Shown piece after piece: positions 1-11,200 of a stretch of DNA of 64,000 bases. Both the position numbers and the translations under genes were made by a program. The DNA is from Enoplolaimus lenunculus. Lineage: Eukaryota. The stretch spans positions 496,001 through 560,000 of the forward strand of contig JASANG010001737.1 in assembly GCA_030248215.1 (NCBI GenBank), written 5' to 3'. Below the pieces are notes generated by a model. That model had not been told where the DNA came from, did not search any database, and saw nothing but the letters and a program-made list of their open reading frames with translations. Positions within the stretch are counted from its first letter, which is position 1; each line of letters begins with the position of its first letter.

Positions 1-222
1 CAACCGTTGGGGTGGAACCGACTGTTGGGGTGAAACCAACCGTTGGGGTAAAACCAACCGTTGGGGTGGAACCGACTGTTGGGGTGAAACCAACCGTTGG
101 GGCAAAACCAACCGTTGGGGCAAAACCAACCGTTGGGGCAAAACCAACCGTTGGGATGAAACCAACGGTTGGGGTGAAACCGACTGTTGGGGTGAAACCA
201 ACCGTTGGGGTGAAACCAACCG
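1..222. repeat. 18-bp minisatellite (GTGAAACCAACCGTTGGG)n, truncated by window start
   Basis: Direct tandem units visible; explains the repetitive KPTVGV ORF 12..242. Confidence 0.9.
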
Positions 223-561
223 AAAGCTCTATAAAGTGGTGAAAGTTATAATCGTAAAATTACATAGCTAACGTGTAAAAAGTGTTGAACCAAAATGAAA
301 AATTTCGTGCACTTTCTGTAAGGAGTTTTTTGACCGTAACTATTGAAGACCACACTGGTTTGCGAAATCCTTTGGCACAAATATTCCCTACGTACCAGGA
401 TACCAGTGTACAAAATTTAAACGATACAGGTCTGATATTACTTGAGCACCAACATGCGAACTAAACTGAAAATACGCGCTTGAGATGCGCGAATCATATA
501 TATGAACACTATCGTGTTCATATGATTTAAATCCTGATAACCAGTCGTAGTGGGACTACAT

Positions 562-1476
562 TTATTGAGCGTAGCTCAAACACACGTAAGCAATTAAGGT
601 AATATGCAAATTAGTTGTTAGCTAACTATTAATTTATGGGTTTTGGACGTCTGTAAGCAATTTCCTCAGATTCCGCGCACCAAAAACCCTTCAGCCACCC
701 TAATAATTTTTGGAATAATTTCAAAGATTTTGTCTTGTCAATTAAGCTAATATGCAAATTAGCTAATAGCTAACTATTTAATTATCGGTTTTGGAGGTTT
801 GTAAACAATTTATTCAGATTCCGCGCACCCAAAAACTCTTCAGCCACCCTAATAATTTTTGGAATAATTTCAAAAGTCCTAATTTTGTCTCGTCATTTAA
901 GCTAATATGCAAATTAGCTAACTATTCAATTATCGATTTTGAATGTTTGTAAACTATTTAGCAAATTCCACGCACCTAAAAACCCTTTAGGGCTGACATT
1001 ATATTGCTTTTAACCTGAATAATTAATGAAATATTGTAAAAAGTCGTAATTTAGGCTTATAAACTATGCTAATATGCAAATTATTTATTAGCTAACTGCT
1101 CAATTATCGATTTTGGAGGTTTGTAAACAGTCTACACGGATTCCTTGCACCCAAAAACTTTTTTATTGTTAAAATTAGATTGCTTCTAACTGTAATAATT
1201 AGTGAAATATTGTGGAAAGTTCTAATTTAGGCTTAATTAATTTTATGCAAATTAGCCTGTAGCTAATAAACGGCTTAAAATTTTAAAACCCCAATGCGAG
1301 GTTAACACCCCAGGATAATTGGCTTTCAAACAAAAAAAGGTTATCAAAATTGGTTCAGCCGTTCCTGAGATTCTTTTCGGACGGACAGACGGACATCCAC
1401 CTTTCGACCCCCAAGTACAAAACATAAAACGCTTGGCGAAACTCCGAACTTCGCTCGGAGTTTCGCTTCGCTCAAC
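562..1476 (+). mobile_element. Putative Helentron/DINE-like non-autonomous element with internal ~120-bp degenerate repeats
   Basis: TTGAGCGTAGC near the 5' end vs GCTTCGCTCAA near the 3' end (sub-terminal inverted repeat); 3' hairpin GCGAAACTCCGA-ACTTCGC-TCGGAGTTTCGC; ACGGACAGACGGAC microsatellite; repeated AATATGCAAATTAGCTAACT...CCGCGCACCCAAAAAC blocks. Confidence 0.45.
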
Positions 1477-1965
1477 AAACATGACATAATTAAATTTAAA
1501 TCCTGTTAACAAACATGACATCATTGAATTAAGTCCTGTTAACAAACATGACATCATTGAATTTAATTCCTGTAAACAAACATGACATCATTAAATTTAA
1601 ATTCTGTTAACAAACATGACATCATTGAATTTAATTCCTATAAACAAACATGACATCATTAAATTTAAATCCTGTTAACACACATGACATCATTAAATTT
1701 AAATTCTGTAACAAACATGACATCATTGGACTTAATTCCTATTAACAAACATGACATCATTGAATTAATTCCTGTTAACAAACATGGCATCATTGAATTG
1801 AATTCATGTAAACAAACATGACATCATTTGTTTAATTCCTGTTAACAAACGTGACATCATTGAATTTATTTCGTGTTAACAAACATGACATCATTGAATT
1901 TAATTCCTATAAACAAACATGACATCATTGAATTTAATTCCTATTAACAAACATGACATCATGAA
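1475..1965. repeat. ~33-34-bp minisatellite (AACAAACATGACATCATTGAATTTAATTCCTGTT)n
   Basis: About 14 tandem units read directly. Confidence 0.9.
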
Positions 1966-2040
1966 ATCTGAATTTTGTTTCCGAAATAGAACTATGACTC
2001 GCTGCTTAAATATTCCAATTTTGTTAATTTTATTTCGCAG

Positions 2041-2262
2041 CACCATGTATTTGTCCGTACGAAGCGTACAATACATGCCCGACTGTGCAAACACAATGCG
2101 ATTGCCCGGTTGAAAACGGAGCAGACGGCGCTGTCGACGATGGCAAAAGCGGCGGCGATTATGGCTCAAAGACCGGCGGACAGGATGGCTTTTATCAACA
2201 GCTGCCGTCGCCGGAAGGAAACGAACCGTTTAAGCACTGTGTGCGAACGTGCGCTGAAAATT
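2041..2262 (+). CDS. Olfactomedin gene internal exon (Cys-rich/Gly-rich linker)
   Basis: tttcgcAG acceptor, GTAAAT donor, open frame, higher GC than flanks. Confidence 0.7.
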
Positions 2263-4480
2263 GTAAATTAATTTTGAGTTTAAGCTAAAGTAGTCTTGTA
2301 TGGACACTCGGGATTCATGGACAATGCTAAGTGGGAAGCGCTAGAATAAAACAAACTGTTTTCTTAAAATAAATAAGAATTTCAAGATAAACAGCTTTCG
2401 TTTGTAAGAAATGTAATGGTCTTATCGATCAGTGATTCGTTATGTGTATATTTCTTGCATGTAATCACGATAAAAGTTTAATCATATAAGCAGGACAATG
2501 ATTAACTTTAAATGATTTTAATACTCAAACCGCTTATGCAGTTATTTGGATTTACATTTTACCGCTCGATGCCCGTGTAAAGATCAGAAACGGAACGTTT
2601 TTCTACGCGACTGCAATCAGTATGCTTTAGCTTTATGGACTATTTTTAATGGCATTTCAGTTTATTTTTAATTTTGTTTCAAAATTGTTCTTTGTTTTGT
2701 TTATAGATACCGATTGGATATATACTCCAAAATCTACCGAAATTCCTATCGAACCAGGAGCAGTTGCAGGTATAGAAAAATTGTGAAATATTTTATAAAT
2801 GCTAATAAAACGTAGATTACAGTTTTAGTTCAACGCTAAATTTGTGTTTCAATTGCGGTGTATCTTGTCTAAAAACATTACAAATATTTGAGGATTTTTT
2901 TGATATTCTGTCAAAGGATGTGCCGATACCAAAATTTTTTACCGATGTCGATACCGAAGCAGATTCTTATTCTGAAATTTGGCCTGTGCCGAACCGATGC
3001 CGATGTCGGTTCCAACTTTAGCACACCATGCTTAAAAAAGGATACTAGATTTCATCATGCGAAGATTTAAGCCGTATCCATCATAAACGATTACAATTTT
3101 TTAATAATGGTTCATTTCAATTTAATTTTTCAAACACAAACGCAAGAGAAATAACAGTTTCCCTGATTAGCCACACTGATATGCGCCCAGAAATGAAACT
3201 GATAGCATTCCAACTGACTGTTAAATGTGCAAAAAGTATCGGCAATGAATCGGCAATTTTTTTGCAGTGCCGATGCCGATACTCACGAAAAGTGCCGATT
3301 ATTACCGATGCCGATTAATCGGCACACCCCTAATTTTGTCAAATATAAAATTTTAACTCTTAATTCTTACTCTTGTACACTTTACCACATTTTAAGTTTG
3401 ACGCTGGGTTTAGATAAAGACTTAGGCAAAGGTTTAGGCTTACGCGTAGGTAAGCATTTTTCCTATACCTAAGTCTAAAATGTTGACAAAGTCAATGTTT
3501 CATTTAGAATTCAACATTCTTGTAATAAAATGTTCTTAATTAACGTTTTGATTTATAATTCTCCCGTTTGCCTTTTAGACTGCCTTATTGACCATTTAAA
3601 AACGCCAATCTTTCACGGCCACATGCTCAACTATTACGGCACATGGGGCAGCGATACTGGGCCGCGATTTCGAAGTCAAGCCGATCGTCGCTATGTTACG
3701 CTGCATTTCTACGGCGACGTAGTAGAAGAATTTGAAAACGAAGCACAACTGCGTCAATTTTCGAACGCTGACAGCGGCAGTCATCCTGGATCAGTTGTAG
3801 CTAGCGACCGGCGACAACAGCAACAACAACAAACAAATGACATAGCTAATATCGAAAATTTTGGAGGCGAGCGACGATCAACTACTACTATACGGAATTC
3901 AAAACGCTACGTGTTGCCACACGTTTACGACGGCACCAATCACGTTGTTCACAACCGTAGCTTTTACTATCATCGCGCTGGAACGCCAAAAATAGCAAAA
4001 TTCAATTTTGATACAGGAGACTATCGAGAAATTGCGTTACCGAACGCTGCGTACAAGTATGACGCGTATTTGTACAACAATTCGTACAATTATATGGATT
4101 TGGCAGTTGACGAAAATAGCCTTTGGGTCATTTATCATTATTGGGACGAGCCGTATTTAGTAATCTCACGGCTGAATTTGTACAATTTATCAATTCACGA
4201 AACGTGGAATTTAACGCACGTCAATCATACGTCGGTTTCGAACTGTTTCGTTGTTTGTGGAGTGTTGTATTCGGTCGTCAGCTCAACACGGATTCATTCA
4301 TACCTGCGGCCGGTTTATGATATGTTTCGACAACGTGAAATGGCGTCTGAACGACCGTTGGCGTGGGTGAACCTGTACAAAAATAGCAATATGATCGCGT
4401 ATAATCCGTTTGATCAACGGTTGTATGTTTACGACCATGGATATTTGTTGACGATACCAGTTGCGAGAAAACCACGATAA
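2041..4480 (+). CDS. 3' part of an olfactomedin-domain gene (possibly gliomedin/colmedin UNC-122/COF-2 type); exons 2041-2262, 2707-2769, 3579-4480
   Basis: Phase-1 introns join in frame: PCICPYEAYNTCPTVQTQCDCP...CVRTCAEN|YTDWIYTPKSTEIPIEPGAVA|DCLIDHLKTPIFHGHMLNYYGTW...; OLF motifs GTNHVVHNRSFYY, YMDLAVDENSLWVIY, NCFVVCGVLY, MIAYNPFDQRLYVYDHG; stop at 4478-4480; 5' exons lie upstream of the window. Confidence 0.85.
2707..2769 (+). CDS. Olfactomedin gene small internal exon
   Basis: tttgtttatAG acceptor, GTATAG donor, phase 1-1, open frame. Confidence 0.6.
3579..4480 (+). CDS. Olfactomedin gene terminal exon, whole OLF beta-propeller domain
   Basis: ccttttAG acceptor at 3577-3578; frame of ORF 3530..4480; OLF motifs. 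Confidence 0.92.
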
Positions 4481-4702
4481 AACGTATCTCATGAACCACC
4501 AAGAGAGAGACCAGGGGGTCTTTACCATGATATCATTACGGCAGGGTATAATTTTCGAGTATATGAGCGATAGTAGCGAGCGAGAAAATTTTTTTCACAA
4601 CTTAATAGATTGTTTGCTATGTAAACCTGACTGGCTTTAGCATGTGAATTACAGTAGAACAGTGTCGCTCGTTCACAATAATATATATGTGTAGTAGAAT
4701 CA

Positions 4703-4708
4703 AATAAA
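4703..4708 (+). terminator. Candidate polyadenylation signal AATAAA of olfactomedin gene
   Basis: AATAAA about 220 nt after the stop; a second AATAAA near 4736. Confidence 0.4.
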
Positions 4709-4983
4709 AGCATGGCAAAAAATTTCACTTTTATAAATAAAAATATGTGACAAAAAGTTAATTTTAAACCAAAATTTCACATGGTTGAATAACGCGACGA
4801 GTGATTTCTGTTTAGATAGTAGTTCTTTCTGAACCTAAATCTAGCCATCCAGCCAATACCATCTAATCTTTTATACAATGGTTTCATTATAATGGTATGT
4901 GTAACGGTCAGAGGCGGAACGTTTTTCTGCGGGACTGCAACAGAATAAGCTTATTCTTTAGACTAATTTTTGTTATTATAGAC

Positions 4984-5179
4984 GGCCCATGTAAAGAAAG
5001 ATCAGGGGCGCAATATTTTTCTGTTGGACTATAACAGGGTAAGCTTAAGCTTTAAACTTTTTTGCTTGGCTTAGGCTTAGGCCTAGGAATATGCTCATTC
5101 TTACCGTTAGGCTTAGGCATAGGCTTAGGCTTAGGAATATGCTTATAATTCCGTTCCGCCCCTGTTGATTACATTGGCC
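4984..5179 (+). mobile_element. Merlin-like MITE (family A) with TTAGGC core
   Basis: GGCCCATGTAAAG...CAGGGGCG and CGCCCCTGTTGATTACATTGGCC termini shared with other copies. Confidence 0.75.
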
Positions 5180-5629
5180 TTATAGACTTAAGCTTAAATA
5201 GGCTAAGGCTTAGGCTTAGATATAAGCTCATTATTACACTTTGTCTTGCGATTAGGCTTAGGCTAGAAATATGTTTATACTACTGTTACAGTCCTGTTTT
5301 ATACATTGGCGCGTACAATAAACCTTTTTTCACACGAATATTTTCAATTTCATCTGAAACGATACAATTTGACTATCACTGCGCATTGTGTATATTATTT
5401 CATTTTCAAACAATGAAAATGTCCCACTTTTGGTGGTCAGTATTTTTCAATTTGTCACAGAGAACACTTTTATAACAAAATTCACAAATCAGATGTACAC
5501 AGTGATTTTGCCCGTCAGGTGAATGCTAAGTGTGTCAGGCGTTTCCGTCCAGTAAACGTATGGTCTTCCAAAATTAGTGAATAATCGAAATTTATTTTGA
5601 TCAACCCACTCATTATATTATATTCAAGC

Positions 5630-5764
5630 TCGCGCTCGAGCGCCAAGCTCCACAGGCTGAACGGTCATCGTAAACGCCTCATTCTGGAGAGATCGAGGAT
5701 CGAATCTTACGTTGAAATTACACCTCTTATAAAATTGAAAATATTCATGTGAGAAAGGGTTAAC
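5630..5764 (+). mobile_element. Degenerate 5' part of tRNA-derived SINE-like element
   Basis: Similar to the reverse complement of 11128-11270 (CTCGAGCG.CAAGCTCC...GAAAATATTCATGTGAGAAAGGGTTAAC). Confidence 0.5.
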
Positions 5765-7788
5765 GAAAAAAAACGGATCGCTTTATTTTGGCATTTCAAG
5801 ATAAATTAAAAAGTTTACTTCACTAGATCGGTAATGTGGCTGACGAAAATTGTAAAAACACATCAATCATTAATGAACTCAAATTCTGCGACGTGCAACC
5901 GGAGGTAAAAAATACCGGAGCCGGAGGTCAACAAAATTTGCCGGAGCAAGTGGCAGTGAAAATTTGTCTCAGCCGAAGTTGAAGCCGGAGGTGAGACAAA
6001 ATTAAGTAAGTTAAAACGATGTTTAAATTTGCTAATTTTAGCAAATATATATAAATTATTATTGTTTTAACTTTACGGGTATTTTTTTGCGAAATATCAG
6101 CAATGTTTCCCCTCAAAATGGTATCAAAGGTTAAAACAAAACGTACCAAACAAATATTATTGCTGTAAAACCATGTAAAATTTCACTATACCTAAAGGGC
6201 CAGAATCTCCGGCAGAAATTTCGTCTGAGCCGGAATCTAAAGGTCGATGTTTTGCCGGAGCCAGAGGCAGACCTATGGTTGTTACAAGCCAGGCTAGTTA
6301 GTTTTTTTCCAAAACAATTTTTTTGCTTTGTATTCTATGCAAATTACCGCAATCTAAAATTCTAGCTACACTTAATGACAAGTATATATTTATATGAGTA
6401 CTTACAGATGTTACTTAGTAACTAATTTATGACAAATGAAACGATAAAAAACAAACGATTGGCATCAAATAAAGCTGCTGAGCGTGCAGAAAGATGGGTT
6501 TTGAGCCTGTTTGCTAGTAGAAAACCAGAGAGGCTCATGGCTCACTGCCTATAACATATATGCCCACCTAGGAAAAGGTGGCGCCGCGTAAGTCATGGTA
6601 GTTTCATGTTTGCCCCTCACCTCTTCTAAAAAGTTATTTTGCCTCGACCTTGTTAGCTTATAAATCTGGTTTACCAGGGTGCAACCGGATATCCACTTCC
6701 GTTTCTGGTATAAATTGGTGTCCGTTTCGATTCCGTTATAGAAATAACGGAAATTACTTTATTTTTACGTTTAAAATTAGTTATATATCACGTACCAAGC
6801 TTTTATATTTCAATATCCGTTTTCCGTTTCCGTTTTCCTTTCCGTTATTTTAATCACAATCCGTTTTCGTTATTTTTACTTTTCGTTTGCACCCTGCAGC
6901 ATTGGTTACCCCGGCCGGTTGGATTTAAACAAAAAATGACCGGAGCATAAATATGGTTTAACAAATCTCATCTTTATTCGTATTCAGATGCTTAATATAT
7001 ATGCCACAGGTCAAACTGCTATTTAGTTGAATTTCTGATCGTCCTAGGCCCAAGCGATTACTGTAGTGACCCGAATAAGAGGCGGTGGACTGATATTTAT
7101 TTGGTTTCTCTATATGTGTACCCCTGTTATTGAGTTACGGACTATTATTAATTTTTAACACGCCGACCACCACCTTTCGTTACTGACATATATCCGGTAC
7201 TGCAACTATCCGTTGAAGTAAACGTTTATTTGTCTTGTGTTAAAAGCTTGACCGATATAGCTGGGAATGTATATACTTTCAAAGCTTTATGTATACAAAA
7301 TCAGAAACGTACAGTAATCAAAATACCAAAATTGAAAACTTGAGCTGGCTATGGGTTTGCATTTGAAGCCAACGTTTCCTCGTCTACAACAACGTTATGA
7401 ATGATATCTTGGTTCAACATGATTTTTTCGCCTAAAACCTAAACCTAAAATATAATATTATCGCAATGTTGCTAAGTTAGTTTCTTTCAATAATTAAAAC
7501 AATACAGTAAGAATGCTTATAATTGAACTGGTTACAGTACATGGTTGACTAATTTTGCGAACCTGTCTATCATTCGTTCGTTAGTCAAGTAACAAATAAA
7601 ACAATACCTTTGTCAGAATTCTTTCTAGGTAATAGGTATTTGTGTTAGCTTCTTCGACCATGCGTGAACTAAAACTTAAACTAAAATAAGCGAGCGAACA
7701 AGCCTTCAACCTGGTTCCTGGTCCAAAATGCCTAAGACTGTTTGCTTGAATTAACTGCGTCGCTATTTTAGAATGATTGTTTTGGTTG

Positions 7789-8037
7789 CACTGTAAATTC
7801 TAATGAGTTGATTTTAACTCAGAATGAGTTTTATCACTCAGTCTGCGTTAGGACTATAAGAATTCATAATTCTGAGTTGATACAACTCATTCTGATTAAT
7901 CAAATTTCCCGGAATGAATTCAACTCAGGGGGTGAGAATCAACTCAACTTAGAGTGGGTTAAACATTACTATTATTAACTCAGAAATAACTAACTTTACA
8001 TCTGAGTTGATTAATTAACTCGTTGGAATTTGCAGTG
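7789..8037. mobile_element. CACTG-ended MITE (family C, CMC/EnSpm-like)
   Basis: TIR CACTGTAAATTC...GGAATTTGCAGTG with 2-bp TG duplication; internal AACTCA/TGAGTT motifs; related copies near 8376-8616, 17852-18101, 18462-18716, 19124-19376, 26299-26831, 37654-37909, 45068-45313. Confidence 0.75.
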
Positions 8038-8150
8038 TGCGCTGAAACGATGTTAATAAACGAATTGATTTTTAGTCTTAATAGCTTAAATTTAGTTTTA
8101 GACTGCAATGATGCAATTGTTATGTTATATATTCGTGCAGTAAATATGCA

Positions 8151-8243
8151 ATGTTTCAAAATTCATTAATAGCAAATCATTGGACCTTACCGGTTTTAGT
8201 GTTACCGATAATTGTTTTAATCAGCGGTTTCAATAACGTGCAG
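8151..8243 (+). CDS. Receptor gene exon 1: signal peptide [31 protein letters not shown]
   Basis: ATG, hydrophobic core, CAG|GTAAAT phase-0 donor; tgcAG at 8139-8140 could be a cis- or trans-splice acceptor. Confidence 0.6.
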
Positions 8244-11200
8244 GTAAATATTTTGTGTTATAAATATGAAAAACGTCAGTTGAAAGCTTTTTAGCTTCCA
8301 AGCGTTACTCTTGTCTGCAAAAAAGTCATTGAAAGACTATTAAAAATAATAGTGATAAATACTTAAACTCACATACACTGTTAATTCCAATGAGTTGGTT
8401 AATCAAATAATCTCAACGCAGAGAACGAATTGGTCGTTTCTGGTTTAATTTTCGAGTTAATAACAGGAAACAATTAAACGCACTCTAGAGCTGATATAAT
8501 TCCGGATGAGTTGCTTTTAATTAACTCAGAATGAATTCCTGAGTTCAGGAAAACCTAACTCAGAAACTGTGATTCAACTCATTCTGAATTGAAATCAATT
8601 CACTGAAATGTACGGTATATTATTTTTAACTTAAAACAAATTAATCCAAATCGCTTACAGCCAATGCATTTTTCATCAAGTATATTTGCTTTGGTTTTAC
8701 CAAAACCGTAATGGTAACTTTCTGTTCAAGTGTATGGAACTGGGTACATTCTGTGTTTAGAAGGAATGCATCTCGCACGCGTTGCGTTCTTGGCCTATCC
8801 CCCTTCAATTCTAAACGGGGTCAGTTCGCACATTCATCTAAATATTTTATGGGTTAACTAATTGCACTGTTCAACTTAGGGTTGCGCTACTTTATACTTG
8901 TTGTCCGGCGCGTCCGTCACCGTCCGTCACCATCAGTCACCCGTACGGCACCGTACGGCACCGTCCGTCACCCGTAAGGCGCCGTCCGTTACAGTCCGCC
9001 ACCATACGTTATCGTACATGAGTTATTAGCGTACGATACCGCACGGTGACGAACGGCGCCGCTCGGGTGACGGACGGTGTCGGACTGTACCGTGCAGATG
9101 ACGGACGTGCCGCACGGCAAAAAAAGTATAGCACTACCCTTATACGCTTATTATTATGCTGCAAAAAACAACTGCCCTTTTCCTAATTACCACTGAGGGG
9201 TCGGGTCGAAACGAAACGCCTGCTTGGACATTTTGTACCATGCACTTTATGGTAATAGTTGCATACTCTTGTTGAAACAGTCATTATCGACTCTCATTGA
9301 TATTATAATTATCATTTTTCCGGATGATGTTGAAACCAGTTGTACAACGTCTAACCCATTGTTTGCTGAAAACGAACCTGTTCACGTTGTGGCGAAAAGA
9401 TGTAAGTTTAGTTTATTTTCAATTCGTGTTCCGGGACCGCATGTGCGAAGACACAAAAGAATGGCAATTAAACCCAGAGACCAATAAGGATGGCGCTATA
9501 CTTGTCCCGCGGCGCCCTCTGTGACCATACGGTATCGTACGTCAGTGGTTCTCGTAAAATACCACACACAGTGACGTACGGTGACGGACGGCGTCTGACG
9601 TCATCAAAAGTATAGCGTCATACCCTTAGACTTGCAAAAATATTTAATTATGATGAGTTCATTTTTAGTGACTCGTTGAAGTGGGATATTGCAATAAGTT
9701 GTTTAAGTAGTACTTTCTGCCTACAGAAGTCCATTTTACTGCCATCTTAAGGCCCAACGCATCCCCTAAACGCTACTCGGCCTAAAAGTTGTCTTTGAAC
9801 AGAAGTTAAAAATATTACTCCTGTTAAAGACTAAATTGCTTATAAGTTTTGAAGATTTACAATATTTATAAGCTTGAAAATCAAGACGTTTCAAATCAAA
9901 TGTTACACAATTATTTGATTTCAAAACTCACGTAAAGATCACGGGTGGAACGTTTTTCTTCTGCATTGTAATAGTTCCAGCTGAAGCTTTAGACAAATTT
10001 TTTTGCTTAGGCTTTAGGTTTAGGTATAAGCTCATTGTTACGCTTTGGCTTAACCTTAGGCTTGGAAATATGCTTATACTATTGTTACGGCCCTGTTTTA
10101 TACATTGCCCAATGTCAGATCCATGGGGGGCCACCCCGGCCGTGCCCACACCCCCCAACAGCATCTCGACAAAAATTATATAGAGTGTCAATTGCTGTTT
10201 CTACGCTGTTTATTTCTCTGTTTTATACGCAATAGTACAAGCAGCTGCCTTTAAATTTGTGCCTGTTTGAAACCAAATCCGAACTTATGTTGCCACTCTG
10301 CTGTTGTTTAGATCTAAATTGCGTTGATGCGTCAGCTTTATTTGTGATTCATCTCAATTGAACGAACGTAAATCAATTATATGACAATAGTTCGTGGTTA
10401 GTGTGCGGGTCAAAAATATGTTTATTACCTGTGAAATTTTACCCCCCCCCCATTTTGAGATCCTCGATCCGCCACTGACAATGCCCACTGTAATTTTAAT
10501 ATGATAGCATTGGCAACATGTCCATGTCTCTTTTTCTCTGTTACAGTCCTGTTCTATACATTGACCTGTTTCAGCAACTCCGTGTGGATTGTTAACCGCT
10601 CCAGCAAACGGTTTCATCAAAGGATTTAATTGGTGTTCACCGACTAGCACTTCGCTATGCTTATACTATAGTGCGGATAGCTCCGGTCTGAGTTACAACT
10701 GGTCCAGGACGTTGTATATTGGATGCGACTATCCGTACATCACCGAACCGTTCCCACCGACGCTGCGATGCAATCAAACAACGGGTCAATTTGTTCCGCC
10801 AGTTCCGTCTCCGTATCCTATTTGTAGCAGTAAGTTTGAACATTTTGCGACAAAAGCATAAGTCATCACACGTTTTAGCTCCCCCCCCCCGCAACCAGGA
10901 ATCACTTTAAGTAGAATGGGTGAGAAATTTTCCTCCCACTGGGTACAACTAATAAGTTCCACAGATAGAATTGTATTAGTGCAATGGCCAGGGTGGGGCA
11001 GCGAACCTGTTCGCTGTGGGTGATGGCAGTCCGCCGTCTCGTTTGGTATGGTTGCGGGCCTGAATAACCATTTGCGTTTTAGGTGGTTAACCATTGGGTT
11101 GAGCGATTCAGTAGCATTTGCCTGTGGTTAACCCTTTCTCACATGAATATTTTCTATTTCCCCTGAGACTTACATTTATGCTAGGATTCGAACTCCAGTG

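Noticed and set aside
12..242. KPTVGV repeat ORF as a mucin-like exon of the olfactomedin gene
   Set aside because: Pure 18-bp minisatellite with no convincing splice donor; cannot be fully excluded because the 5' context is missing
1475..1965. 34-bp repeats as CRISPR repeats
   Set aside because: Head-to-tail minisatellite without spacers
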